From Phoronis australis (lineage: Eukaryota > Animalia > Phoronida), in NCBI GenBank assembly GCA_002633005.1, contig NMRA01000016.1:1772336-1836335 (forward strand): 64,000 bases of DNA. The letters are read 5' to 3'. The position numbers and the translations under genes are program-made. Shown here in pieces: positions 24,701 through 38,882 of the stretch. The notes beneath the pieces were generated by a model. The model saw nothing but the letters and a program-made list of their open reading frames with translations. It ran no database searches and had not been told where the DNA came from. How positions within the stretch are numbered: the stretch's first letter is position 1; the number at the start of each line of letters is the position of its first letter.

Positions 24701-27700
24701 GCAAAATGAACGCTTTTAGTTCCAAATCCCTTCATTAACAAGTTTATAAGGTACCAATGTATTCTGCAAGTTGTCTGTGCTGATTTGACCTTGCATTCAT
24801 GATATTGATTGACAATGTCAGAAATGATGATTGGCACACGATTCTGCACTGTTCTTGAGACTTTTACTCAGTTGTAAAATTAGTGATTGGATTTAATGTT
24901 ACAAAATCTCACTTTTTTGCCGCCATTCATGCACCTCCACAATTATCTTGACTCAAATGTTTTCCTGTGTATTTTTCAAAAACATATATGGGTCTCTTTC
25001 GATTTCTTTACCTGGAATTTGAAGCAATTTCGAAGAATCATCCGGGGGTCGCCTGCTGAGTTTGTTTAATGATAGGGCAAGGCCATGCGTGCAAATTTTA
25101 ACAAAGGGTGTGAGTTGATTTTGGCAAAGACCACCGTCTGGGCTCTCTGATTGGGATTTGACCTGGGCGAACCTGAGTGGAGAAATCGCGGGGTTTGAAA
25201 TAGGATCCGTCGGTGCATGGTGTATGGACAACTGTGGGTCATCTTGAAAAAGGGGAGATTCGTAGCGGCGTGTAATATAATAAAGGGAACGTCTTCAATA
25301 CACCATAAAAATTAGATTGGCGAACTCATGGGAAATAATATGTCCTTTCAATGTTTTAGACTGTTAATTTTGTTGCTCATTCGTTTTAAATAAAATTACA
25401 TAAAGTAACTGACAGAATGCATTCGGCGGTCACCTGTAATCAGACAAATTTGGTAAAGCCACGAGGGGCCTTAGTTGTTGAATATCAGTACATGACACTG
25501 GACAATTTGTCTTATCCTTGATTTTGGTCGAGGTTGCTGTCATCTCATGGTCTTTATCTCACAACGAATTAGGTCAGGTACCCACAATACTAGTAGTGAC
25601 ATCTGGCGCTGAAATATAAAATCAATCACTCTTCAACTTATTCAAGCGAAGGTTCAATGCATAACGGGAAAGGACATGGAAAGGACATTACAATAAAAAT
25701 ATTCAATGAAAACACATTAAAACGTTTAAGACTTATATCATGTAACATAAATCTAAAAAATAAGCCAAACAAGAAGGTTAGTAGCAACAATAAAATTCAT
25801 TAAGTGGTACAACACGAGTTTTGTTTAGTTTATAGTAAACCTTTATTACTCATTACATTTTTATTTAAAGATAACACTTAACTGTAAATAGCACAAAATC
25901 GAAAAATGGTACACGAAATCCTTATTTCAAGAAAATAAAAGTGAAAGATAAGAATTTCCGAGAAAGCAACTTTCTTATTACTGACCTGGACCATGCAGCC
26001 AGCCGACGACCAGGACAGCTGAAATTGGCTCTCCGGCTTTCATCAACGCAGGTAGGCATCTACGACGAGTGTCGTTACAGGTGACTTGTGTCCTGTCAAT
26101 CCAGACAGGCACGTGATCCACCGCAAGTTCCCCGACGAACAAGAGATGCCCGAGTTGGCGTTTTTAACACCAGACCATAGTTTGTATGGGCTTTAAAAAT
26201 CAAGAGGTCAGAAATGAATTCCACGAACTGAATTAATTCGCAGCATTAGTGTTCGGCGATAACTGGTTAAAATAACTTGTCCGTTGTATTAGCATTTCTC
26301 CGAAAGATCTGGATCCGCCCATGCATGTGTAAAGCAGTAATAGCAGTGCTGCGATCATACAGGGGAAATTTGTGGCCCCTAAACATAACTTAACGTCACA
26401 GATTTGAAACACAGTTACCACTGAAAGCATTGTGAAGATAATTAAAAACGTAAATTCACACCTGTTGTCAATATAAAGGAACTAATTCACGGAGAAATTA
26501 ATTTTAATTCGTCAAAACGAATGGCAATGATGCTAGCGACAAACAGTGATGCGGTAGAGCATAAACCGACAGAAACACGGAGAATAAAAACAAAAACCAA
26601 AAGATGCGAAACTTACTGCCTGTCAATCATCAGTTGAAACTGATCAGAAGAAATTATCAACAGAAGAGAACGAGGAAAACCTCCGAATCCAAGAAAGGCT
26701 CTGTCCTTAATTACGGGACCAGGAAGTGAGTATGTTACATGTTTATTTAGTACACTGGACCTTCAATAAAGTTCTGTTGTTCTTTATACTGCTCGAGTGT
26801 GGTTAGGTCGTTTGTCAAAGTTTCGGTTTCGTAGTATATTTTCTTAACAACCTCGGACGACTACCTTAAAACATGATACGTGACCCTCCTTTGTGACTCA
26901 TAACAGCCGCGTGTAGGTAAAAGATACGCTTCTGCTTAAATGATTACAGAAAATGTGATTTCCAATGACAATATGACCGCTTATTGCATTGTTTTTCAAC
27001 TTATCCTCATATTGGGGGAACTCACTTTTCAGAGAAAATGAGACAAAGCACGTGCGTTATAAATTTTATTTCCCTCGTTTCTGTTTTGTTGGATGTTTCA
27101 CTTTTCTGCTCAGTGACATTTCTGGGAACCCGCGTCACAGTGAATCTCTGACTATGAGGATTTTCATGCCTGAGACGTCAACGTTTCATAACATCATACC
27201 CATCGATATGTTGAAAATTGCCCAGTAAAAACATTCACGCCATGCAATTAAACATTTCTCTGTTTCACTCCTTGTAGTTGGAGACTGTCAACGTGCACTG
27301 CCAGTTTCGACGATTGCAGCAGAATAAAATGAATTCAGCTTGCCAACAACTGTGTCGTGCATGCATACGGGAGATATGCCGAATGGTATTAATCTGTTGT
27401 ACGTGTACAGGCCAGATTCATAAGGTTCGCCCACGTACAAGCATGACACCAATTGTTACTAGACTGCGTTAATCGTGAAAACGTAAGTGTTGCAATCACG
27501 GGGAAAGGTGTAACAATCTACATGTAGGATCTGGGTCTAATGATTTCACTCGAGATCGAAGTCGAAATTATTTTTGGCATTTTCTTTGCTACTTTGCGCG
27601 AATTCGAGATGAGTTTCTACTATTCTATGCTCAAGTACACTAGTGGTTCAGGTAATTGAAAAGTATTTAATCTTAGTTTTTACTTAATGATCCCACCAGT

Positions 27701-28007
27701 GAGGCTAAAAGTTCTAGTTTGAACTCGAGACTTCGAGTTTTTACACTATTTTTAGCTCGAATCTAGGGTCCATCAAATGTGATCACGTACTAGCAAGTTT
27801 GCACAGAAATAGGCACTTATCTTGAGATAGTACAAAAATAGAATGGGAAGTGCCAACATGATTTTGACTTTAACTTCGCGTAGAGAGATTAGTCCCCGGG
27901 CCCCTGAACGTCAGTTTAACGAAAAATAAGCCGTCTCACCTATAGCGGGGTCGCAGCATACGGCTTAGCAATAATTTATTATCTGAGTAGGAATTACCAA
28001 TTATGTT

Positions 28008-28160
28008 CAAGGGCGGATCCAGGATTGTGAGTTGGGGGGGAGCAGAATATTAGTCAGGATTTTGCCCGTCAGACATTCGGACCTCCTAACTGCCTAATGG
28101 AATCTGGGAGAATTTTTAGGGGAGCCATGGCCCATTTGGCCCCCTCTAAATCCGCTACTG
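28008..28160. mobile_element. GGCGGATC-type MITE with 5-bp TSD ATGTT
   Basis: TIRs CAAGGGCGGAT / ATCCGCTACTG; ATGTT on both flanks; internally similar to 18185-18336. Confidence 0.8.
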
Positions 28161-31100
28161 ATGTTTGCATGTTTTGGAAACATACTGTACTGTGGAGGTG
28201 AGATATTATATTACTGTTAGGAAATAAAAGAGTTTTGGGGCAAGAAAACTATTTTGAAGTAGGTTTCCAAGCGAAGCGAAAGCACTCAACACCAAATGAT
28301 GCGAATTCATGGGGATCATTGAAAGGCGAGTGTTTCGCAAATGTGGTCGAAACCTCACCAACGTACGCCTATCAAAATCAGACGACCACTGATGTATTGA
28401 TTATGGGGTATACAATTATAAACTAATTCAATGCTTTTGTTCCATAAGTGGAGATCCCCCCCGACAGTGTATGGCTAATGTCAAGGGTCTGTGGATCGCA
28501 GTCCTGAATTCAGTCACACTTTTTGTCATGACACGTTTAATGAAACGCCAGACACTTTCTTTTTAATTTATTTTTCAGTGGTCGACTGCCCGGGTGGGCA
28601 CGTGCTTGTAAATCCACAACCAAGAAGTTTGACAAATGTTCCCGCCAACTCCTCCGTGGTCAAAGATTTAACGGCAATGAACTTGACAGGAAACAGCCTA
28701 TATGTTGGGTATGGCATCTTTATTTCTATACAACAACGTAAATGTGAAAAAGGTAGAGATTCAGTATTACTGTGGTTCAGAATTCGTTACGTGAACAAAA
28801 ATAATTTTATGGAACAAAAACATTAGGTCGAGTATAGTAGGCCTATACTCGCAAGGCGCATTGGCCATACAACGTACTTTAAAGTCTCTGTAAAAATGCC
28901 GACTGTACTACCTGGCTGGCACATATTATGTTTGTAAGGTAAGTTTCACCCGTTACCGGTAAATGCATGTTGCTGCGGAATGTTATGAAATTCTATTTTA
29001 CGGAATTTTATCAAGTTAAAGGTTGACAAATTTCTAATTTAATGGCCTACGTAAGTATCGTGTTTTGTACTGTTGTAAAGTGAGCAATTGCCAAGAAAAT
29101 CGGTTTTCTGAGACCAGTCCCACCATGAATTTGATCCTGCAACTTTGTGGGTGCACTGTCAGACGCTCTGCTGGCGGAAAAAACGCACATGTAGGTAAGT
29201 GCCAAACCCACTGCAAACGTCTGACTGACAACGGCGACAATTGACGATTTATCTTTTGTGGTAAAATCCCAAATCACAAGAAACTTTATCGTTTCGTAGC
29301 CCTGGTCAGAGGTAGCTTAACTTTAAAAAATTTACCACTTCCAACGATAATCCCATTTTCGAAAAATAGAAAAACAGCGATCCATTTCTGTGCAAAACCG
29401 TTTTGATGAGCCGGCGCATCAATTATTCATGTACGTTAATGACACTCACTTTCCATCGTCAACAATTTATATATGTACAGAGATATGTTTGTGGTGCATG
29501 AATGAGATTAGCCCGTACTGGCGTTCCATTGTCAAATTTCCTGCCATGTCCGACAAGGTACTGAGAAAAATCCAACAGCACATGTGCACCTGTATGACCT
29601 ACCTGAAAACACTTAGACCTACATGTATTGAGGGAATCATTTGGTAAAAACACAAGCAATCTAAACCTCGCTTATTCTCGTTTTCAGTGTTTGTAGAGGC
29701 GCCGAGTTCACGATTAGCCGGAGTTTCTTTCCGTGTTTGACTCTCTAAAAAGCTTCAGTGAAAAAGATCATGCAGCCAGACACTACCAGGTACTACATTG
29801 AAAGGATCGACATTCGGCAACATCCGAATGGTCTAGTCTCGAAGCGACCAGGGTTATCCTAAGGTGAAGTTTTATTTTAAAAACTATGACTTCAGCGGCA
29901 TCTGTTCTTGCACCCCTTTGTTTTAGCACGCGTTAGACTCGACCGATACTAAACAATGACTCTGTTCTTTCAACACACCACTGCTGCAATAGGTCATTCC
30001 ATGGTATAAACAAAGCATTTCCGTTACAGATGCACCAGGTAAAATCTGGCTGTCAACCCACTTTTTATTGATGTCGATTTTAAACATTGCAAAATTCACG
30101 TGTGAACTGGTCAACGCATGCAGAATATTGGAAATTACAATTTTCTAGACACAGATTTTAGCTCATCAAGACATGTTTTACCACAAACGATAATGTAGAC
30201 GAACGCAATTTGTACATTTACCACGAGGTCACATGTTTCTAGCTATAACACATTGTGACACACCACGGATTTTTAAAATACCTTAACTACTGACCTTGCG
30301 TTGCTTTCTGGAGAAAAACGCGTCCAAAACCATCATTTCACCTAAAATCACATGTATTAAAGATCATGGATTACGCCCACCTCCAAACTACATACGTTTT
30401 TTAAAAATTAAGAAACAGAGCTATACTAGTTATCAAAGAGATTCCAGGCACGTTGTTAACAAGGAGTTAAAAGTAAGCATGACATTCAAACAATCTGTCC
30501 CACTGCTAAGCATTCGAAACCGTCCCAAAAGGACAAGTTTCGGATCCATTCACTTCGCTCCCTTGACCTGTTAAGAGAGCGATAAACTGGAGGTCAAACG
30601 TACCACTAATAGGGAATTTTGTTCCAAGAACAAATATCAAATACAAACCTCACACACGCAGAGGTAGATCGAGTGTTTCGAGCATATTAATTCAACTTAA
30701 AAGAAGACGGTTGGTTTTTAATATAGGCGTTTAAGCCATCAGTTTTAATAGCTGTAGCCCTGGCAAATTCTCACATTTCTTACCTCCACACATTTGAGCA
30801 TTGGTTTAAGTATAGAACCTTCAATGGGCATATCTTTGTTATTTGAAGGGATTTTACTGCCCGTTATTAAGTTTGAAATTTGTCTTTTTGTAGAGAAATC
30901 GAAGACCCATGAAGAGTCACAGACGTGGCAGTTGGCCTGGACAACGGAATTGTGTAGTTTGCTCGATACTAGTATTCTGCGTGCACTAATACCTGTAGTG
31001 TGAACAAACTGGTCTAAAGACTTACCTGATACCCCAGCCTATTCTACTGGAATATAAAGCGCTGCAGTGTACCTGTGGCAGTCGTTAGAGGTCTGCTCGC

Positions 31101-33599
31101 AAATTGTCATCATACTATTTGGTTAGAAAATTATACATTCATTTTTAAACAACCATGCATAGGTCCCTGGAAAATTTCACTGTTTTCTGCACGCTTATTG
31201 GCCCGCTGCGTCACATGATGTTGTAGGCCTATGGTTCAGCTTCATACAGGACGTCGCGAAACCAATCAGGTTTAAGCCAAATATTTTCATCAACTTCGGT
31301 GTAAATATAAATGATGGGCGCACTTATGTTAAATTGAAATGATCAAATATGATTGTACCTCTGGTGGCGAAACACATAACAAACAAATATTCATGAAACA
31401 GTTTCTCGCAAAAACTACAAGTTTGCGACATTTTCGTCAGTACGTTCCAATATTTTCGTGCACTTTGAACCCGTCGACGACGTATCAGTTCCAATTCAGA
31501 CAGACTAATATATCTGAGGTTCCAAGTACCGTAATTCTGATTCTGAAAACGCTGTCAAGACCACAATCGTCAATATGCCCTTTCAGAATAGATGTCCGCG
31601 TGTGTCTGTATTTTAGTGGCGCATCTAATCACGTTCAAAGTTCGTGTCCATTCTTATGATGGTCTTGTTTGTGATTTTTACTCCATCAAGACTATCTTCG
31701 GATATCTTGCCCGCTGATAGTGGAAAAGTAATTCTGATACTTAGACGGTAGGCTACGTGTGTTAATTCGACTTCGGTCCATTTAAGAGCTAACTTTTGAT
31801 TTAAAACACTACTTGCAGTTAGAAATTAGTATCAACTAGGCTTAGTAATGCGTAAAAAATTAGAGTGATTTCTGGGCAATTCAGCGTTATTGCTTGAGAC
31901 AGTCAACTCAGCTTTTAATGTTAAAATATTTTTTCCGGTTTGTCATAGCGGTTCATATACTGTGCTTGGTCTAAAGACACAGAAAACTGTCACTAGAGTT
32001 TGAATGTTCCAAACCCAGAAACCACCAGTTTCAAGTGACGAGAATACTAGGTGGTCTCGTTGTCAACGCGAGTAATATAAAAAAACAAGACGCCATGGTT
32101 ATTGTTATTGCTGTGTTATCGCAATCCATATAGTTGAAGTTCGTTTCTGCAGTCATGCGCCAGTAAAAAAAGTTTTATGTCGGTGCCGACCATTATACAG
32201 CAGATCGGCAGCTTAGAGCACTTAGCACGAATGAACGAGGTGGCCCCTGGGGGACTTTACGAGGGGGGAAATTTTAGAGCTAAATTAGATACCGGCCGAA
32301 ACTAATTTAAAATCGACAGGATGTCGTGTCTTATTGAGCCCTGCATGGCCGAAAAGTGCATTCTAGAAAAGACCTGGGCCTCTAGAAACCCTAAAAGGAC
32401 CCAACAAAATTGAGATAGCTCAACTATTCGAGGTACCATAAAGCAATCCTATGTGATTGAGTACATGAGACTCGTCGCTATAAAAATGACCAAAGATAGA
32501 CAATATACACCGAGTTGAGCCCTCCATAAACCCTCAAAAATGTCACCCACGCGCATTGCTGTTGACAGTATGAGATAGATTAGATATTCGAGGGACCGAT
32601 CTCACCTGATTTTAAATGGACAATGTGCCAGAGGGGGAATCGAATGACCCATCTTCATGACAGAAAACTTGTCTTCTGTAATGGGTCCGCCAGAGCCCAC
32701 CCACCGGAAAAATTTCCCGCTATGCGGCATATGCCACTGATGACTAGTCTATCACAAAACACGAAACTCTGACTTGTGCCAACAGAATCTTCCAAACATC
32801 TCGCCAACGGAATGATCTTGACATTTTGAGCAATATTAGTTATTCAAGGCATAAATTGATTTAAAATTAACAGTCATGTCACACCGGCACAATGACCCGT
32901 GGCAAACCGTTACTTCCCCTCTAGAAAGGGCTTTCAGGTGACCGAAAAGACCTCCCAAAATCGAGCTTTTTCAACATTCGACGTACAACAAAAATGATTC
33001 CATATGATTCACTACATGCCACTGGCCAAAAATACGCCTGGTTGAATCCGACAGAAACACCAAAACATCTCACCACAGAAATTTGCGCTAAAGATATACG
33101 GCGTATCGGTTAAAAATTATTTTAGCAAACCGTGCACCAAACAAATATTGTGATCAGGCAAATTGAGATCTAAAGTTACTCAACATGTTGGAAAACTATA
33201 TATGCACGTGCAAAAATAACTACTTACTTTGTTTTGTGAAGTTGAGATTCTCAAATCATACCAGACCATTGCAGTCACCATCTGCCTCTGTACGTACAAA
33301 GGTTGGCTGACCACAGTGCAGAAAAGTGAGACCATCGAACTACCGTGAAATCATTTTTGTTCTGTAATTGACATTCAAATGATGCGCGCACTTTTATATC
33401 CGCAAATAAAAATTGCCAAATGCAAATTTTCTTTGTTGATTTATTATTATTTATTTGCTTATTATAGTGACATAAGGGTGCCAGTAAATACATGATCTCA
33501 AACACAGAATATTCACTACACATCCCAGTCTCAATGGGCTTACGCAGTCACCTAATAACAATTAAACCATTGCATAACATAATGCACACACACACAACA

Positions 33600-34240
33600 T
33601 CAGACTTTACTTCTAACCTGCAAAGGGTAGTGAAGGAATTTTGCTGGTAATACCTTTCAAGTTATTTCGGAATACTGAAGTAGCGCAGAACCCCGTATAA
33701 AATGGTCGAATATGAGTATATTTTTCACAATCAAAGATTAATGAACTTCATCTTCAATTCCGTTTTTACAAACACAAAAATCCGTTCATTCACAGGAATT
33801 CCGGAGAACCGCAGCCCCACGTCAACCTCTAATGGTAGAATACCTCCTCTCAATTGAGTTAGTGACCGACCTCTGAGACACCGGCAAACGTAACTACTCT
33901 TCTACACAATAGTCATTTTTAACAGATCTGTATAAGCACAGTTTTGGTTTCTAAGTGATTATTTTTATCCCGTTTAACCCTTCTAACTGGAACCTGAATT
34001 CTCAAGCTTTCGAGATGCACAATTTGCTTGTTCCTGAAATTTTCTGAAAAATGCATATCTCCACAATTTTAAATATTGATCTTGACCAATTGCAAGAGCT
34101 CCGATGTTTAAGGTCCCATAAAAATACTTTTTAGCAATTCTGTTGTCATCCATTTGAACTAAACGATTCCAAAGCCTTAGCATATTTTCATGTTTTTGTA
34201 ATGTGAATTTGGCCATCCCCAGTCACCACAAAGTACTGCA
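33600..34240 (-). mobile_element. Degenerate 3' fragment of a non-LTR retrotransposon (LINE ORF2 C-terminus); boundaries approximate
   Basis: MLRLWNRLVQMDDNRIAKK and TQLRGGILPLEVDVG...NERI/CVCKNGIEDEVH match typical post-RT LINE motifs; frameshifted. Confidence 0.75.
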
Positions 34241-34366
34241 TTGGCAGCATGTGCTCTCGTTCTGATCATTTTGCTCAGACCCGTATTGGAATCTGGCCCG
34301 TATTTGAATGACGTCATCATTCCCATACGGGAAGTAGACTAGTTTCTGGCCCGTATGCCTCTTTCG

Positions 34367-34935
34367 AATTATGATCAGACCATTTCACAATGTTTAATAT
34401 AAATTGTACTTTGGTTGACACAAATATTTGCATGTTGGAAGCTTGCATTCGCGTCATTTTGAAGCCGAAAGTGTTATCGCTGTCGAGAGGCGTATTGGAA
34501 TCGGCGACAGTGGGCCTTTAAAGTTGGTGGAAAATACGCAAAAGTTCAAGGAAAGACATTAGATTGTCATTTCATATCATTTTATATGCAAATGGTTCAA
34601 ATTTGTTACCTTTGAAACGTCTTAATCGACTAATTAGCACACATTCCCGCCAAAAAGGGCCCGAATGGGAATCACTGGGACGGTAATAGGGACCGCCTAA
34701 AGTGTCGAATAAAAAACAAAATGCCTCCCTCAAATTATGATCAGACTATTTCACAACTTTTAATATAAATTGTACTTTGGTTGACACAAATATTTACATG
34801 TTGGGAGCTTGCATTCGCGTAATTTTGAAGCAGAAGGTGTGATCGCCCGGAGAGATTCTACGGGCTGGCTGTCGAGTGTGTGGCCCGTTTTGGAGTCGGC
34901 GACAGTAGGTCTTCAAAGTTGATGGAAAATACGTG
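34367..34935. repeat. Local direct duplication of about 180-200 bp (34367-34545 and 34732-34935)
   Basis: AATTATGATCAGAC...TAATATAAATTGTACTTTGGTTGACACAAATATTT occurs twice. Confidence 0.9.
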
Positions 34936-35099
34936 GAAACGCAACCTGATCTGTTCGTATACAGCAATATTCAAATTCGTCGAAAACGTTCTATTAGAAG
35001 CTAAATTTTCAAAATAATTCGCCTTGCAGTCGGGAAATTTTTCTGTCTTTTCCTCTAATAATGAAGCATTTTCCTTGATTCCTGAAGTACTACCCGAGA

Positions 35100-35238
35100 A
35101 AAAANAAAAAAAAAAAAAAAAAAAAAAAACACGGAGAACGCGTCAAACAAGAAAAACTGCAATTACCACAGACTCGAACTCAGTCACGACCTGGCGGATA
35201 GAGGGTACGTGCTTTACCACTGCACCACCACGATAGCT
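35100..35238 (-). mobile_element. tRNA-like (Pol III A/B box) repeat, probable SINE remnant
   Basis: Minus strand TGGTGCAGTGG (A box) ... GAGTTCGAGTC (B box) followed by T-runs; no proper cloverleaf. Confidence 0.55.
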
Positions 35239-37395
35239 CCTAATTTGATACTAGTACTTGTTTATAGTCCACAGCGTTTGCGCCCGAAACCTACTTCTTT
35301 TTGTAATGCTTATTATATATTTTGTGCAATCAGTTCGTAACAAATTTGTTGTCCTTAAAATAGACTTCAATTGCCCAAAAGACCAAATCCGTTTTTGTAT
35401 TGGCAATAATGACGCGATTGCTTTGGAAATCATCTTAATTAAGTTAAGGTTTGACAAAGAGAGAATTATGAGTTTCTGAGTGATTCACTAAGGCTTCGGT
35501 TAAAATTAACATCTTACCAGCAACTTCTGCTTTTCATCGTCACTCAAAGTCCATTTTCTTTAAAAAATGAAGTAATTTTCTTCATTACACAGTGGAGGCA
35601 GACGACAAACGGAGTTGTAGTGGGCAGCGCCACCGACTGCCGGTCGTCTGGGATATCGCGGGAGAGCCTATACTTAGCCATAGTTCCGTTACGATTGAGC
35701 CGTATTCCGAATTTGACACTTGACTTGAAATTGGATCTAAGCCCCTCCCCCCTAAACACTACACACATTTAAATCTTGTTTCAGCCGTGTAATTTTGCCC
35801 GGGGTTAATTAATAAACTCAGCATTTCCCTACGCTCTTGCTGTTTTATTTTTTTGCAGCAGCCCACGAGGGGGGGGGGGGAGGGGGCGGGCCCCCTGGGT
35901 CCCCTAAATCCGCCTATGTAAATTAAGTTACCAGAACCATGCGCGCGTGCAATATAGAGGGCGCTCACTCACTCCGTCATAGTCAGGCTTAATTTGGCCT
36001 GACGAAGCTGAGATTCTCAATTCATACCAGACCATCGAACTACCGTGAAATAATTTTTGTTCTGCAGCTGACATCCAGTTGACGTGCTTACTTTTATATC
36101 CGCAAATATAAATGACAAAATGCAAATTTTCTTTGTTGATTGTCTAATGATTATAATCAATTCACCGTGCCAAAGAATTTTTGAACACTATTGACCTCAT
36201 AATCACAGATTTTCCCCTTTGCCGTGTTGTGTCAAAGGATCGGAAGTAGGTTAGATCAATTATTGTTTGTTGAATAATATCGGCAAAAGTTGAAAAAATG
36301 GAGTTTCCTCATGTATTCCAAGTTCACGCCGCTATCTTGAGATAAAGCAAGTTTCCAAGTTCACGCATAGCAATCTTACTTCCAACATTAAAGAGCTGTC
36401 CATTTCCGGGTTTTGTGAGTTGAAAAAAAGAACGAATGGGAAACAATGGGTGATGAAATTTATGCTGTTATCAGTTGTTTATTTGCTGCTGAAGTATGAG
36501 TGCTAGATTTTTGGTGTAGAATAGTGTGTACTTAGTTCTGTGTTTGTTTAAGTTAATGATCACTATCGCTTCTGGAGATTTTTTAGAAATTAGATATTTT
36601 CGCGACGCCAGGCGTCCAGGGCAGGGGAATGCTTGAATCCAAATTCAGGAGAGCTGTTCATTGACGGAAAACGTCAAGATACTATCGCTTCGAAGTGCCT
36701 CTAGTCAAGCTAAACTTGAATTGCACCTTGTGGAAATTTATGCCTTTTTGTGCCAGCCTACTATCCTATAAAGTTGAACTTTGGAGGCCAGTTAGTTGGT
36801 GTATATAGACTGCACCCGATTTCTGTCACTGGTCAGATATACAGTATAAGGGTCCCTGGTTTTGAGAACCAGTATCATCCACTGAATAACACGCTCGTTA
36901 TATTCAACGATTGCCTGGTTCTCAAATTCAGGGACCACTACATCCGACAAGTGCCGGATTTCGTATCTAAAAATTCTTCAACAACGTGATAGAAATGCTG
37001 TGAAAGAACAGTAATTCTTGTTAGAAAACAACCACTTTGCTACTCAAATTTCAACCGTTGGGGAAGTGGTTGATGAGTGATCCGACACGTGTGTCACGTC
37101 ACTGTGGTGTTGAAACTGACAAGAGTTGTTTCTTAGTTAGAATACTACCTGGGTTGAAGAACGAGGTCATTGACTGAAAGTTTCCATCCTCTGAAAGAAA
37201 TCCCCTTTCAGATTCGAAAATTTCCCTCTTTGGAAAAAAATTCCCCTTGCAGATTGCACAGCCATGTTTTTGCCTCAGGTGAGTAAGGGCCCTGATTCTT
37301 GGATTTGGCACTGCATTTGCCCAAGAATGATATCATACTGAGGTTATGATATCATGCGTTGGCCATGTTACATATGTACGATTATGGATTGACTT

Positions 37396-37476
37396 CATGG
37401 ACGGCCGCAGCACTGAAATAAGGGAGGGGGGGGGCGATAGCCTATAGCCCCACCTCCCTGTGGTGCGCCACCCATG
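37396..37476. mobile_element. Short MITE (CATGG...CCATG termini) with 5-bp TSD GACTT
   Basis: GACTT at 37391-37395 and 37477-37481; a related copy lies at about 57640-57714. Confidence 0.75.
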
Positions 37477-37627
37477 GACTTGCATAGCTCACTGGCTCCT
37501 GGCGTAATGAATGCAATTTTATGATTTGTACATATCTTCTGTTAACCAACCAAGAACTAAATGTCAGCAATTAGCTGCCTTGGGCCTTGTTCTCCTCTTC
37601 CTTGATGTGTCTTTGTTCCTTTTTCAG

Positions 37628-37723
37628 ATACGACTATCATCTTTGGTTTAGCATGAACGATGGAAGTCTGGCCAAACTGACCAACCTTATTAATTCACGG
37701 CTGGCCGGAGTATTGTTGGATTG
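37628..37723 (+). CDS. Zinc-finger gene copy A, exon homologous to copy B exon 2 (in-frame ATG at 37653)
   Basis: ttcctttttcag| acceptor, TG|GTATTG donor; 96 nt, phase 2 to 2: YDYHLWFSMNDGSLAKLTNLINSRLAGVLLD. Confidence 0.7.
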
Positions 37724-38882
37724 GTATTGACTTTAAAATCTATGCGATGCTTTTTAAAAAATTATACTAATAATCCCTAATTCAACATTTTAATTGCTAT
37801 TGCGTAACAGTTTATAATTTTTTTTTTCGAACTGGCAGCAAGGATGGAGTGGCTGAACATTTGAAGGATGGCGGTCGCCCAACAAAGTGTAACGTAGTTA
37901 TTCACTCCCAGCCTTCTGTTCGAAACCAGTTTCATCATGATTGAATAATCTTTATGACAAATGCATATAATTGGTCGAGACTGGAGAGGTGAAATAAAGA
38001 GAATAGCATGTAAAAAGTCCACCTTTATTCTCCAGCAGTACAAAACTTATTCGACCAATCAAGTACCATCTTGAAAGCAAATTATTGTTTGTGTTTTATA
38101 CGCTGCTGGAGACAAAACGTGCTTTGTATTATATTTAGGATTAGAACAACAGCACACAGTCATGCTAAACAGTGCACAACCATCAATCTTGAATAATATT
38201 CAAGCTTTTGAACCTACTGAAGTGGAGCTTCACACTAATTCTAGTCTTGGTGCAAACCTGTATAAATATACAGATTTACATAAATCTGGGTAAACAAATG
38301 GTCATTCAAGTGAAATCTAACACGAAATTTCTGTCATTAAATTTACAATCTTCTATGAGTAAACTACATTAGTAATCGGTGTTAAGAAATTGCGGTCCTG
38401 TTGTTATTTTGGTGCTAAATTTGTGGAGCGATCTTATGCGTTGGCTTTCAGTGTCATGAAATAGAACATCACCCATTGGCCAGTTTCTTTTTTAGACTAT
38501 TACTCAATCTACTGGTCATCTTCCTTAAGGTTGCGTACACCTCACAGCAAATTATCGGAATTAGTTCAATTCAAGTTTTTGGTATTCTAATGCAGCATAA
38601 TCATGGTAGTAATGGAGCAGAACTTCTTATTATTCACCTTGTTCATCAGTCTAACCTATTAATGGTTAGTAGTAGTGCAAGGAAATTCAAGCTTAGAGAA
38701 AACACCAATTGAGAAGAAACACTATTAAGCTTGACTCAGCATGGTCAAATTCAACTGTTAAGGTGATGTCCAGGCGTCTCCTGTTTGACAAAATTTTAAG
38801 AAAATATTGCTCTGTAACTCAAATTACCCCCCAAAAGTTTGGAATAAATTTGGAAGCTTCCTTCAAACGGTGCTAAGTCAGG

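Noticed and set aside
24529-24849. 106-aa minus-strand ORF
   Set aside because: No recognisable domain and no convincing splice acceptor.
35160-35238. Functional tRNA gene
   Set aside because: A and B boxes are present but acceptor and anticodon stems do not pair.
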